DNA of 64,000 bases from Candidatus Kerfeldbacteria bacterium. Lineage in GTDB: Bacteria > Patescibacteriota > Patescibacteriia > SBBC01 > CAIJZX01. The notes beneath the pieces were generated by a model. The model did not search any database. It worked only from the letters and a program-made list of their open reading frames with translations, and had not been told where the DNA came from. Of this stretch, positions 19,814 to 30,251 are shown in pieces. The stretch is from assembly GCA_903825245.1 (NCBI GenBank), contig CAIJZX010000016.1:2100-66099 (forward strand), in the 5' to 3' direction. Every line of letters begins with the position of its first letter. Position 1 is the first letter of the stretch. A program made the position numbers and the translations under genes.

Positions 19814-20764
19814 ATGACAACAGAATCGGCTGGTTCTGATAACCGTGTTCATCTTCTGCCGTTCATTTCTGGGCAGGATATGAAGTGTAAGCTGTGCCTG
19901 ATGCGGCACGAAGAAAAAAAGACGAAGGAGCAGATAAACAGAGAAGGGGTTGCGGCCATTGTCATTATGAGCCTCGTCGCAAGCTTGATTCTGGCTGCAC
20001 TGGTGTTCGGCATTCCGCGACTCTGGGGAGCACACCACTGGTCGTTTCAGAATATTTTCTTCATCGGACTGGGCGTGTGTTTCCTGTTGGTGATGTGGTT
20101 GTTCGCCTTTGGCCAGAGTCGGTTCGTTTTTCACATGGATGGACACAACCACGTCCACTTTAAGGATCCTCGTCGGCAACTTCTACCAACCGGGAAATTC
20201 TACTGGCACGCGCCGTCAACGGAGGCCAAAGAATGGCCTGCTGGCAGTAGTGTCATCGAGGGTCCGATTCTCAGGATCCGGCATTTCGGGTGGCTGACAA
20301 AGCTACTGTATTACTGTTTCAGCGCCAACAATTCCTATAACGGCTTCCTGATCGATGACTCAGGTGATGTTGACCCCAAGATTCAGTTGACCCACTCCTC
20401 GACTCTTGAGGATTGTAGGTTTGCGGGGGCGTCGGAGTTGCCGTGGGCTGTGAAAGATGCGGGTGCAATGCTTGACTTCATTCGTACCCACCAGTCGCTC
20501 AAGCGCTACATGCAGAGTTTCGACGACATGGTAGTCGCCAAGACCTCGGTTGAGGATCTTGTGCTGGCAATCAGGGAATACCTGTATGCCTCACGGGATC
20601 GGGGTCAATCTTCCTCAGTTGGCCGTGCCATTCGGGAGATGATCGAAGTTTCGGATTTTGGTCATTCTTTCCCACTGAACGATGAGACCAGTCGGCGCGG
20701 GCGTCAGATGGAAGAGTTGCTCAGCTCAAGATTGGCTAGTCCATCAGGCCAGGGTACAAGTTAA
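19814..20764 (+). CDS. Hypothetical two-TM membrane protein
   Basis: Long ORF with two hydrophobic helices, GGGGG SD-like site before ATG 19814, TTGACA promoter at 19652; start uncertain. Confidence 0.6.
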   Translation: MTTESAGSDNRVHLLPFISGQDMKCKLCLMRHEEKKTKEQINREGVAAIVIMSLVASLILAALVFGIPRLWGAHHWSFQNIFFIGLGVCFLLVMWLFAFGQSRFVFHMDGHNHVHFKDPRRQLLPTGKFYWHAPSTEAKEWPAGSSVIEGPILRIRHFGWLTKLLYYCFSANNSYNGFLIDDSGDVDPKIQLTHSSTLEDCRFAGASELPWAVKDAGAMLDFIRTHQSLKRYMQSFDDMVVAKTSVEDLVLAIREYLYASRDRGQSSSVGRAIREMIEVSDFGHSFPLNDETSRRGRQMEELLSSRLASPSGQGTS

Positions 20765-20853
20765 ACGATATGATCTTTCCCAGGACGCTTCGGTGTCCTG
20801 TTTTTCTTATTTTTCACTTCGCTTTTTCTTCGTGTTCTGGTACACTACAGCGG

Positions 20854-22992
20854 ATGGATACACCCTACGTTCTCAAAAATTCTTTTAACCCGGCGAATTT
20901 CAAGATTGATTATCGCAAAGAGCTGAACGGCGAACAGCTTGACGTTGTGCTCCACGGCGACGGGCCGTGTTTGGTGCTCGCTGGCGCTGGATCGGGAAAA
21001 ACGCGGACGATTGTCTATCGTGTTGCCTATTTGATTGAGCAAGGTGTTCGACCGGAAGATATTCTCCTCGTGACGTTCACGAATAAAGCGGCTAAGGAAA
21101 TGTTGTTTCGGGTTGAAGAACTACTGGGCTCTTTTCCGGCGGGGCTGTGGGGCGGGACATTTCACCACATCGCTAACATTCTGTTGCGGAAGTATGCAAA
21201 AGCCATCGGCTACGATAATAACTTCACTATTCTCGACGCCGAGGATAGCAAGGATCTTATTAATCTGTGCGTGAAGTCACTGCACATTGATCCGAAGAAA
21301 GCGCGCTTCCCATCGGCGGGCGTCATTTCGGGATTACTGTCATTATCGAAAAACACGAACATTCCGGTCGGCGATCTGGTAACCGAAATGAAACCGGAGT
21401 TTATGAAGGTGGCGGATGATTTGGTGGCGGTCGGCCGCACATATGAAGATCGGAAGAAGAAAAATAATTTGATGGATTTCGATGATTTACTGTCGAACCT
21501 GCTTTTGTTATTGCGTGAACATGAAAACATCCGTCGAATTTTAAGCCAGCAATTCCGCTATGTTCTGGTTGATGAATATCAAGATACCAATCATTTGCAG
21601 GCGAACATCGTGCAACTCCTCAGCCAAGAACATAAGAACATTTTGGTCGTTGGTGACGACGCGCAGTCCATTTATTCATTCCGCGGCGCAGACATCAGTA
21701 ATATATTAGGTTTTCCGAAGTTGTATCCTGAAACGAAAATGTTCAAGCTGGAAGTCAACTATCGCTCGACGCAACCGGTGCTCGACGTGGCGAACACTAT
21801 TATTAAAAACAACATCGCTCAGTTTCCGAAAAAACTCCAACACGTTCGCGAGGGCAGCATCAAGCCGATTATCGTGCCCGCGGTTTCGGATGAGCAGGAA
21901 GCTGAGTTTATTGTCCAGAAAATTCTTGAATTGCGCGAAGACGGTGTACCATTGAAAGAAATGGCCGTGCTCTTCCGCGCCGCGTACCACTCGCAAGCGT
22001 TAGAATTCGAACTGACGCGGCGCGACATTCCCTATGATTTCCGCGGCGGTATGCGCTTTTTCGATCGCGCCCACATTAAAGATGTCCTAGCCTTTTTGAA
22101 AGTCGTCGATAATCCGAAAGATGAAGTGGCGATGAGTCGTGTGTTGCGTTTGCAGGTTGGGATCGGCGAACAAACCGCTAGCCAATTATTCGACATGATT
22201 CAAGAACGACTCGGGCCACCAGACGAGGAGGCGCATCCGCTCACAACTGTACTGGAAAGTCTTCTGCCGCCGAGTCGTGGTGAAACTGGTTGGAAGAATT
22301 TCCGCGGGACGATTGAATCGCTGGTTGATGAACGCGAGAATGGACCGGAGGCGTTGATTCGGCTCGTGATGGATGGTGAGTACCGCGATTACCTCGGAGC
22401 ACAGTTTACCGATGCCGATGATCGTCTACAAGATCTTGAGCAACTCGCATTATTTGCCGGTAAGTATGATGAGTTATCGAAATTCTTATCGGAGGTGTCG
22501 CTCCAGGAAAGTTTCGGCGTCGCTGGTAACGAGCAAGAACAATCGAACCAAGAACGCATTGTACTGAGCACCATTCACCAGGCGAAAGGATTAGAATGGC
22601 AAGCGGTTTTCATTCTCCATCTTTCCGACGCATACTTTCCAAATCCGAGAGCTTTGGGTGAGGAAGGCGGAATGGAAGAAGAGCGACGGTTATTCTATGT
22701 CGCCGTAACGCGAGCAAAAGAACATTTGTTTTTGACCTACAGTCTTGCCGCCGGTTACCGTACGACGAATATGCAACTGCAAGCGCCATCACCGTTTTTG
22801 AAAGAAATTCCGGAACGATTACTTGAATCGTATCGTTTAACCGAACAGCAAAGTGTGTTGGAAGACAGCCTGATCGATCCTGATTCGGTGATTGAGCTTG
22901 ATGACGATCAACAGCCGCGCGGGTTGCTTGATCGCGTTCTCCATTCCAATGCGCAAAAACGTTTGTCGCGGAAGCCGAAACAGTATTCATAG
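20854..22992 (+). CDS. UvrD/PcrA-family ATP-dependent DNA helicase
   Basis: 'LVLAGAGSGKT', 'TFTNKAA', 'LVDEYQDTN', 'VGDDAQSIYSFRGA', 'STIHQAKGLEW', 'EEERRLFYVAVTRA'. Confidence 0.95.
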   Translation: MDTPYVLKNSFNPANFKIDYRKELNGEQLDVVLHGDGPCLVLAGAGSGKTRTIVYRVAYLIEQGVRPEDILLVTFTNKAAKEMLFRVEELLGSFPAGLWGGTFHHIANILLRKYAKAIGYDNNFTILDAEDSKDLINLCVKSLHIDPKKARFPSAGVISGLLSLSKNTNIPVGDLVTEMKPEFMKVADDLVAVGRTYEDRKKKNNLMDFDDLLSNLLLLLREHENIRRILSQQFRYVLVDEYQDTNHLQANIVQLLSQEHKNILVVGDDAQSIYSFRGADISNILGFPKLYPETKMFKLEVNYRSTQPVLDVANTIIKNNIAQFPKKLQHVREGSIKPIIVPAVSDEQEAEFIVQKILELREDGVPLKEMAVLFRAAYHSQALEFELTRRDIPYDFRGGMRFFDRAHIKDVLAFLKVVDNPKDEVAMSRVLRLQVGIGEQTASQLFDMIQERLGPPDEEAHPLTTVLESLLPPSRGETGWKNFRGTIESLVDERENGPEALIRLVMDGEYRDYLGAQFTDADDRLQDLEQLALFAGKYDELSKFLSEVSLQESFGVAGNEQEQSNQERIVLSTIHQAKGLEWQAVFILHLSDAYFPNPRALGEEGGMEEERRLFYVAVTRAKEHLFLTYSLAAGYRTTNMQLQAPSPFLKEIPERLLESYRLTEQQSVLEDSLIDPDSVIELDDDQQPRGLLDRVLHSNAQKRLSRKPKQYS

Positions 22993-23045
22993 AAAATGAA
23001 ACAGGACGGCGTGTTGCTTGCCGTCCCAGGTGAAGGTGCGTGTCG

Positions 23046-23192
23046 TTAGTCGAACGACACATTGTGCGGGTTCCATTCCTTCCGAAGCTTCTCCAGCCGT
23101 TCGGGGTGCTTGGGGTCGCTGTTGCGACACAGGTAGGGGAAGAAGATGCCATAGACAAGGATGACGAGGGGGATTGCGATCCAGGGAGTCAT
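23046..23192 (-). CDS. Small single-TM protein (48 aa, MTPWIAIPLVILVYG...)
   Basis: GGAGG SD, perfect TTGACA-N17-TATACT promoter at 23267-23239, terminator-like hairpin at 23004-23026. Confidence 0.65.
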   Translation of the reverse strand: MTPWIAIPLVILVYGIFFPYLCRNSDPKHPERLEKLRKEWNPHNVSFD

Positions 23193-23408
23193 CGTGGCCT
23201 CCGCTTGAGTTTGAGTGACAGAACAATACGAACAACACAGTATAGTCCTGATAGGGGATTTTGTCAAGCGCCGAAAAAAACTGTATTCAAGGATGGTAAA
23301 AAACAGGGGTTGACAAATACTTTCCCTGGTGGCAAGATGCGCCCGCATCCGCAGGTTCGCAACTCGCCCTTTCCACACCAATTGCAGCCTTGCTGCAGGA
23401 GGAATCAT

Positions 23409-23879
23409 ATGACCATGAGAGAAGATCGTGAACGTGAGGAACGACAGTTGGCCAAACTGCAAGCCACAGAGCCTGACAAGCCGGTGATTCTGTCGCCGGA
23501 AGATGTTTCCACGAAGCTCAAAGAGCACGACAAGAGGCTCGGTGGCAACAATGGATTGGCGATCGCTGCCATCATCTGCAGTATCGTCATTCCGATCATC
23601 GTAGCGCTCGTCGCACTGCACTTCAGTCACCCCAAGGCCGCAACGACCGGCCTCACCCCCTCGGCGGTGATCGAGCGCATGACTGCCGACAGCATCGCTA
23701 CCCATGACCGGCTTGCCAAGACCGATGCACGCGTCGATAGCCTGCTCCACGTCTGCAAGGCTAATGGCGAAAAGACCGCCGATCTGACTACGCTGGTGGA
23801 GTCGCTGCACGGCCGCTACGACGAGCTCAAGAAGGACGTCTACTTCTTCTTCAACAACCAGGTCATACGCAAGCCGTAA
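23409..23879 (+). CDS. Hypothetical single-TM coiled-coil protein
   Basis: AGGAGG SD, TTGACA promoter at 23310, C-ending codons, terminator at 23891-23920. Confidence 0.7.
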   Translation: MTMREDREREERQLAKLQATEPDKPVILSPEDVSTKLKEHDKRLGGNNGLAIAAIICSIVIPIIVALVALHFSHPKAATTGLTPSAVIERMTADSIATHDRLAKTDARVDSLLHVCKANGEKTADLTTLVESLHGRYDELKKDVYFFFNNQVIRKP

Positions 23880-23994
23880 CCTCGCTCCCCACCACCACAG
23901 AACATCGTGGTGGTTTTTCTTTTGACAATATTTTCGTCTCATGATAGACCCGTAGCAACGAAACCGCTCTTCCCACCTTTCCACGAGGATTCCG

Positions 23995-24297
23995 ATGACC
24001 ACGCACATTAGTCTCATCATGGCCGCATGGGTAATTGTCATCGCTTTGGGCGGACCAATCTTCCATCAGACGTTCAAGGCGCATTATTTTCTCGATTATG
24101 GCTTGCACTATGCCGCTCGCGAACACATGCTGCGAACGGTCGGACTCGACTTACTCTTACTGGCGTTCATCGGTGTCATGATCGGCATCAGGTACCTTGT
24201 TCAGCCGCTCATCGTTCCGATCATCGTCGGCTCGTCTATCTCCGTACTTTCTTTCTGGCTCATCATACGTGCCAGTCTGCGCATGCGAATCGAATAG
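23995..24297 (+). CDS. Hypothetical small multi-TM protein
   Basis: Three hydrophobic segments, GAGG SD, TTGACA at 23922, terminator ACCTCC...GGAGGTTTTTT at about 24299-24325. Confidence 0.65.
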   Translation: MTTHISLIMAAWVIVIALGGPIFHQTFKAHYFLDYGLHYAAREHMLRTVGLDLLLLAFIGVMIGIRYLVQPLIVPIIVGSSISVLSFWLIIRASLRMRIE

Positions 24298-24381
24298 CAC
24301 CTCCATCGTACGACGGAGGTTTTTTGTAAGAAAAAACGGCAGGCTCAAAGTCGAGCACTGCCGTTAGAAAAAGATCAAAAT

Positions 24382-25236
24382 CTACAACTGCCTGAACTTG
24401 GCCTTGATGCCATCCACGACATCGTGGAAAGCTGCACTTGAGGTTAGTTCAGGATGCCAGGCCAAGCCCTTGGCTACCATGTCGATCGTCTCCACAATTC
24501 GCGAACCGGGGATCGGATTCCCAGTCGCGTCATGGTCACGCCCGATCAAGAACAGGTGGTCACCGATGGCCGCCGCTGACTCGATGTCGTGGGTGATGAT
24601 GACGATGGTATTGCCACCATCAAGCGCCGCCAACTCCGCGATCAGCTCACAAACACGTGCCTTCGCCAACACATCGAGACCAGAGAACGGCTCGTCCATC
24701 AGCAAGTAGTGCTGACTGCAGAGCAGCTGCTGGGCGATGGCTACCCGCTGACGCTGTCCGCCGGACAACTGCTCCGGAAACACATCGTAGCGATCAGCCA
24801 GACCGAATCGTTCGAGGAGGATCATCGCCTGACTGTGCGACTCCTTCCGTGAAAGACCAGCCTGTTGTCCAGCAATAACCAGGTTGCTAATCACGCGGTG
24901 GTGTTCGAACAGTGGGTAGTCCTGGGCAACAACACCAACCAGGCCACGGTGGACCGGAATTTCCGTTCCATTGTGATGGATGCGAATCGTGCCCGACACT
25001 TTTGCAGCGCGATCCGGCATCCCAGCAATCAACCGGAACAATTGGGTCTTGCCGAAACCAGACGGACCAAGCAAACAGACGATCTGCCCGTGTCCATCAT
25101 TCTTGCGTACCTCCAAATCGAGATCTCGCAAGATGATCTTATTCCCGAACGCCAAGTTGACTTTCTCGAGCGACAGTAGACGCCCATTCGTCGGCACTTG
25201 CGGCTCAGGAATAGCCGTACTCGCGGTCGTGCTCAT
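24382..25236 (-). CDS. ABC transporter ATP-binding protein (NitT/TauT-like)
   Basis: Walker A 'GPSGFGKT', signature 'LSGGQRQRVAIA', 'LMDEPFSGLD', 'ITHD'. Confidence 0.92.
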   Translation of the reverse strand: MSTTASTAIPEPQVPTNGRLLSLEKVNLAFGNKIILRDLDLEVRKNDGHGQIVCLLGPSGFGKTQLFRLIAGMPDRAAKVSGTIRIHHNGTEIPVHRGLVGVVAQDYPLFEHHRVISNLVIAGQQAGLSRKESHSQAMILLERFGLADRYDVFPEQLSGGQRQRVAIAQQLLCSQHYLLMDEPFSGLDVLAKARVCELIAELAALDGGNTIVIITHDIESAAAIGDHLFLIGRDHDATGNPIPGSRIVETIDMVAKGLAWHPELTSSAAFHDVVDGIKAKFRQL

Positions 25237-26021
25237 GAGCGCTCCTTCTTCAAGAAGGCATAGGGGGTAACCAGCCGCTTGATGAGTACAATCACGTTGT
25301 CCTGAACAAGTCCAAGCGCCATAACCGAAATCATGATGGCGAGTACTTGCGGGATGTTGAAGTGCTTATTCTCGGCGATGATCATTGTGCCGACACCGCC
25401 CTCACTCTTAACGATTCCTTCGACCATCGGCAGCATCATCCAGCCAATTCCAGCATTCTGCCGGATGGCATCGATGACTTTGTCGAACGTGCCAAGGACA
25501 ACGACTTCCCACGTCACCTGCCACTCATTCATGCGCAAGGTTCGGGCGTAGTCGTAGCGATCATCTTTGACATCACTGACAATATCGTTGATGGAGGTTG
25601 TCAGGAAGACCATGATGGCGAAGATGAGCAAGGCCAACTTCAGCCGATGCCCGCCGCCGAACATCATGGTGAACAGAAACGGCAGACCGACAAAACCCAG
25701 GTAGCGGAGCGTCGTCACGAACGTCACGAACGGCCGCATAACCGGAAGTCTACCTGAATACGCGAAGGCCATCGAGAACACCGACGCCAGGAAAATCGCT
25801 TGCACGAATGTCCAGAAGCTGTTGATCAGTTCCTGACCCAGTCCGTCGTTCATCCACATATCACCAAAGGCTTGCGTCACCTCCAGCGGTCGTGGAATGA
25901 TCGGACTGGCCATGAACAGCCAGTTGAACATGAGAAAGACCAGAACCAAAAGCGTCAGCAAGCGCCGAGCCAATGGACCGACCTCCTCATTCGGATAGAA
26001 CACACGCCAGATTTTGCCCAT
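25233..26021 (-). CDS. ABC transporter permease (NitT/TauT-like)
   Basis: Multi-TM, 'IIPRPLEV', 'ARTLRM.EWQV', 'GW.....VE......GGVG'. Confidence 0.85.
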   Translation of the reverse strand: MGKIWRVFYPNEEVGPLARRLLTLLVLVFLMFNWLFMASPIIPRPLEVTQAFGDMWMNDGLGQELINSFWTFVQAIFLASVFSMAFAYSGRLPVMRPFVTFVTTLRYLGFVGLPFLFTMMFGGGHRLKLALLIFAIMVFLTTSINDIVSDVKDDRYDYARTLRMNEWQVTWEVVVLGTFDKVIDAIRQNAGIGWMMLPMVEGIVKSEGGVGTMIIAENKHFNIPQVLAIMISVMALGLVQDNVIVLIKRLVTPYAFLKKERS

Positions 26022-26100
26022 CGATCCTCCGAAAAAGAAAAGGCGCTCAGTTCCACGAGGAACCGAGCGCCATAGGTGAGCTTCAGATCACCTGGCCCAA

Positions 26101-27927
26101 CTACTGCGAGGTGGACTTGAGGACGATCTGCACCCGGCGATTCTTCGCACGACCCTCGGGGGTGTCGTTCGAAGCAACCGGATTCATCTGACCATGTGCG
26201 AAGACTCGGACGCGACCCGCCGGGAAGTTGGTCGGCGAATGCGACTCGAGCCACTGCTGAACGGCGAAGGCACGGGCTTCCGCCAAACGCTGATTGTCCT
26301 GCAGACGCTGATTGGCGTCCGGGGAGCCAGTGTTGTCGGTATGACCATGCACCTCGACGTACGTGCCGCCCGCGATACCCAAATTCTGGATCAGGTCGCG
26401 GAGCACGGATTCGGCCTTGGGCGTGAACGTCGCCTGACCGGAGTTGAACGTGACGTTGTAATCACGATCGCCCACCGTCGCACCGGGAGTTCCAGAGAAC
26501 GTCTCCGGAGCCTCGGCCGGGGTGGGATTGGGGTTCTTGGCCTGGAGATCCGCCACATACGAGACATTGATGACCTCGGACGCGGGCGGAAAACTCGGCA
26601 CCAGGCGCGGATACTGCTGAACCACGATCTTGCCGAACATTTCGTAGGTGGCCTGAACCAGGTTCTGACCACCGGCGCGTTCGAGTCCGAAGACGTGGAT
26701 CGCATCGGACAGGTTGCAAACCGACGAGCCGCCCAGTGACACCGGAATTCCCTGCTTGTCGGGCTGGATGACACCGTCGAAATACTTCAACCAGTATCCC
26801 GCACCCTTGTTCTCGCCGTAGAGCGCGTTCTCGATCTCGGCGGCATGCTGCTTCGCCTGCGGGTAGGCACGAATCTGGTCCGCTGCGTCGTAACTGGCCA
26901 TGAGCATGTTGTCCAAGGTCGTCCGGTTCGCGTCGTCCCACTTCTTGATACCGATAACCACGCACGGCATCTGGTACTTGTTCTCCTTGGTGCTCAGAAT
27001 CGACACCAGGCCGCCCTTCTTCTCGGCTGCCGTCACGTCGCCCGGAGTCCAGGTAGCGATACCAGTGACACCGATCGTCACGGTTTCACCCGTCGGAACA
27101 CCGTTCTTGACGACTTTGCGAGTCTCGGTATAACCGCTGATGTACTTTGCCGCGGCATCGATGTAGTTATCGGCATTGAGCACGTTGATCGCGTCGGGGT
27201 CAAACGTCTTCTCGTCCGGATTGACCTTGAGGCCATTGTTGCCAGCCCAGATCACCAGGATGTTCCAATCCCCATCACGCAGGACGCACGCCACAAGCTT
27301 GCCAATCGCGAGACGCGGATTCGTCAGCCACGCCGGCGGACCCATCAGCTTGTCTTCACCTCGCGAATAGCCGATGACGCCACAGATTTCGGCGATGAAA
27401 TCTGCACCGAACTTCTTGAGCTTCGGATTGATGCCCTGCAGGAACGCTGCGGCACCGTCGCCCATGATGGTAACAAAGTGCACGCCCTCCGTTGGCTGAG
27501 CAACACCCTTATGCATCTCGTCCGCGGTCTTGAGTAGGTCGCTCTGCAACTGGTTGTTGTCGTCCTGACGAGACCAGTGCACATTGACACCGTACTTCTC
27601 CATCAGCGAACCGCGAGTCGTACTCGGGCCACCGATGGCATACAGCAGACCCATCTGCGCGTTCCAGGCATACCCTTCCATCCGGACCTGCGGCCCATTG
27701 ACCTGGGCCGGTTCCGAACTCGGAATGGGCAGCATGGACACCGAGGTAGCAGAACCACCGGCGTTGTCCGACGGCAGATTGACCGCCGACGGAACACTGG
27801 CCGCCGTGTGCTTGGCACCCGGGATGAGACCATGCGTCACGAGGAACTTACCGCCGAATATGACCGCCGCGATGATGAACAGGCCGATCATGATGATACC
27901 GCCAGACTTGGGACCGCCCTGTGCCAT
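26101..27927 (-). CDS. Substrate-binding-like protein with C-terminal OmpA-like peptidoglycan-binding domain
   Basis: N-terminal TM/signal; C-terminal 'VTFNSGQA', 'VHGHTDNTG', 'NQRLAEARA', 'GRAKNRRVQI'. Confidence 0.85.
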   Translation of the reverse strand: MAQGGPKSGGIIMIGLFIIAAVIFGGKFLVTHGLIPGAKHTAASVPSAVNLPSDNAGGSATSVSMLPIPSSEPAQVNGPQVRMEGYAWNAQMGLLYAIGGPSTTRGSLMEKYGVNVHWSRQDDNNQLQSDLLKTADEMHKGVAQPTEGVHFVTIMGDGAAAFLQGINPKLKKFGADFIAEICGVIGYSRGEDKLMGPPAWLTNPRLAIGKLVACVLRDGDWNILVIWAGNNGLKVNPDEKTFDPDAINVLNADNYIDAAAKYISGYTETRKVVKNGVPTGETVTIGVTGIATWTPGDVTAAEKKGGLVSILSTKENKYQMPCVVIGIKKWDDANRTTLDNMLMASYDAADQIRAYPQAKQHAAEIENALYGENKGAGYWLKYFDGVIQPDKQGIPVSLGGSSVCNLSDAIHVFGLERAGGQNLVQATYEMFGKIVVQQYPRLVPSFPPASEVINVSYVADLQAKNPNPTPAEAPETFSGTPGATVGDRDYNVTFNSGQATFTPKAESVLRDLIQNLGIAGGTYVEVHGHTDNTGSPDANQRLQDNQRLAEARAFAVQQWLESHSPTNFPAGRVRVFAHGQMNPVASNDTPEGRAKNRRVQIVLKSTSQ

Positions 27928-27987
27928 GGTGAAATCTCCTTCTTTGGGGTTTTGGTTTTTGTGGACTATGACGTAAACGTCACGTCG

Positions 27988-29043
27988 CTACTTCTTGTCG
28001 TTCGGATCGTCTGCAAACAAACGCTGGAGGCCTTCGCCGCCAGTCGTCGTCGAACGCGCCGCCGGAACGCGCTCCCGACCATCACGGAACACCGGCAAAG
28101 CCGATGCATCCGAATGCGCCGAGAGCAATCCCTTGACCGCGGTGCTGCGTTCACGCCAGGCCGACAGTGCCTTCTGCCCCTGCTCCGTTCGGAGCTGAGT
28201 AAGCAGATCACCACTGACCATGGCATTTGAGTCCCGAACGAATGAACGGAACTCCGCCAACTTGGTGTTGAAGTCCTCGACAGCCACTTCCGATGCCCGG
28301 TCGTAGAACCAGGCACCAGCAGAACCGCCCGATAGGATGCGCCGCAGGTTCTGGAATGCCTTGTAGGCGCCCCCCATGATAGTGCGCTTCTTGGTGATTG
28401 CTCGAACAAAACTCTCTGCATCAGCGATCTGGTCGCCAACCGCAGTGAGCATCGTCCTGAGCTCTTCCCTTATTTCTTCAAAGACCGTCCGCATGGAATC
28501 GAATTCGTCCGCATTGGCGTTGCGCCGTGTGGCGTCATTCGTCAGAGTTGTGACCTTGCCGGTCTCACCACGTCGTTGCGCGATGTCGGCCAGCTGCATG
28601 TCCTTCTCTGCTCCAGCGCGTTCGTGCGCACTTTCGTCAGCCAGAGTTGTAATCTGGCCTTCGATGACCGATTCCTGCTTTGCTCCATCCGCTGCTTCTT
28701 TCTTCATCTCCTTGACACGACTCTCGAGGATCGAGATCGGATCGAGATCGATGAAACCCATGGCAACAAAACGCACGAGCGACTCGAAGACGTACCGAAC
28801 GAGGGTTCGGAACCGAGGATTAGCGACGAGCAGAAGGATGGCAACGAGGATACCACCGAGCCAGGCCATGTGAACACCGGTCAAAAGAATATCGACCAGC
28901 GTCGGACCGAGCTTCCACAGAAGCAGGAGTCCAGCCAGGATAGCAATAACCAGTCCACCCTTGGCGAAATTCTTCTCTGGTCGCTGCCAGATGGACTTGA
29001 TAGAACTGCCAGTCGAGACGACCGGCAGATTTGAGATACTCAT
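27988..29043 (-). CDS. Hypothetical membrane-anchored coiled-coil protein
   Basis: Two N-terminal TMs then a long helical region; SD; operonic with OmpA/ABC genes. Confidence 0.75.
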   Translation of the reverse strand: MSISNLPVVSTGSSIKSIWQRPEKNFAKGGLVIAILAGLLLLWKLGPTLVDILLTGVHMAWLGGILVAILLLVANPRFRTLVRYVFESLVRFVAMGFIDLDPISILESRVKEMKKEAADGAKQESVIEGQITTLADESAHERAGAEKDMQLADIAQRRGETGKVTTLTNDATRRNANADEFDSMRTVFEEIREELRTMLTAVGDQIADAESFVRAITKKRTIMGGAYKAFQNLRRILSGGSAGAWFYDRASEVAVEDFNTKLAEFRSFVRDSNAMVSGDLLTQLRTEQGQKALSAWRERSTAVKGLLSAHSDASALPVFRDGRERVPAARSTTTGGEGLQRLFADDPNDKK

Positions 29044-29058
29044 GTCAGCTCCGATCTC

Positions 29059-29727
29059 CTACTTGAGGTAGGGTTCGAGGTTGGCAGCGTCATTCGCCAG
29101 CCGCTTCTGAACAGCGGCAAAAGCGATATCGAAATCCGTCTGCATCTTTGCCGTCTTTTCCTTGCCGGCCTGGATCTGTCCACGCAGCGTCTGCTGCTGG
29201 GTAACCAGGTCGGTGCGCTGCTGCTGCAACTGCGCGAGTTGCGTGTCAATGGTAGCCAGCTGGCTGTCCATCTCCGTAACCCGGCGCTCCTTGCCGCCGA
29301 CATTCTCGTCCGTCTCGGTTTTGAGCCGCTGAGCGAATTCCACCCGCTCGGTTTCGAGCAGTTGAATTCGCGCGGTCAGCGCCGCCTTGATAGCCGGTGG
29401 CGTGTGCCCATGCAACTTCGCCACCATCTGCAGTGCCTTGCTGTTCCGCTTGGCGGGATCGGGAATGTCTTGCAAATCCGTCAGCATGTTCATGAAGTCG
29501 GTGTACGGCTTGGCCGTTCCGGCATCAACGTCATGCATGATTGCTTCCTCGTAGTGACTCGTGTCACCGGTCGCGACAACCGTCGGCGTACTTGCCGTCG
29601 TGGTTGTCATCGGAGTCGAGGTCACTGTCGGCACGCTCGGACGTGGGGTCGAGGGCTGTTCGCCCTTCTCGTCCCCCAAATCCCAAACATGTTCACGGAT
29701 GAATGCCTTGAGCTTAATCTTTGACAG
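29059..29727 (-). CDS. Hypothetical coiled-coil protein, first gene of the OmpA/ABC operon
   Basis: GC-rich ORF with Gln-rich heptads; start either TTG 29679 or leaderless CTG 29727. Confidence 0.65.
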   Translation of the reverse strand: MSKIKLKAFIREHVWDLGDEKGEQPSTPRPSVPTVTSTPMTTTTASTPTVVATGDTSHYEEAIMHDVDAGTAKPYTDFMNMLTDLQDIPDPAKRNSKALQMVAKLHGHTPPAIKAALTARIQLLETERVEFAQRLKTETDENVGGKERRVTEMDSQLATIDTQLAQLQQQRTDLVTQQQTLRGQIQAGKEKTAKMQTDFDIAFAAVQKRLANDAANLEPYLK

Positions 29728-29833
29728 ACCGGCGACCTTACACTACTTTTCCATTTTTGTCAAGAGTTAACTCCGTTATTTGGCTAATATTAAAGAAAAA
29801 ACCGATTGTTTGTTACAATCGGTATAGTGTGCC

Positions 29834-30073
29834 CTACTTCGGCGACTTGCTGAGCGTCTGCTCGCAAGCGGTCTTGGCCTTCCGCGCGAGGTAGTCGCGC
29901 ACCTGCGTGGCCATCTTCAGACCGTCGTCCCCGAGGCTGCCCAGGAAATTGGCCGTTACGTCGCCGACGTTCTTGGCTGCCTGGCCGGCTTGGTCGAGGT
30001 CGATAGTAATCTTCCCTCCACGCCGCCTGATGAACTTGGGAACGATCTTGGGAGGAGCTGTCTGCTTCGGCAT
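29834..30073 (-). CDS. Small hypothetical protein (79 aa)
   Basis: AAAGGAG SD, GC-rich codons, terminator ACCGATTG...CAATCGGTTTTT downstream. Confidence 0.65.
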   Translation of the reverse strand: MPKQTAPPKIVPKFIRRRGGKITIDLDQAGQAAKNVGDVTANFLGSLGDDGLKMATQVRDYLARKAKTACEQTLSKSPK

Positions 30074-30251
30074 TTCGAACTCCTTTGAGGATCTTCCTCC
30101 ACGACCTGGGAGGAATCAGGAACGGGAACCATTCCCGAGCGGGATATCATTACCATCCAATGAAAAAAAAGTCAATATCCAAACTCCGGGGAACAGAGGT
30201 TATTGGCTAATATCAGAATATTTAAAAATAAAAAGTAGCCCTCAGTCAGAG

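Noticed and set aside
23040-24041. Long overlapping ORF calls 23040..23879 (+) and 23046..24041 (-)
   Set aside because: Promoter and SD positions show two short divergent genes starting at 23409 and 23192
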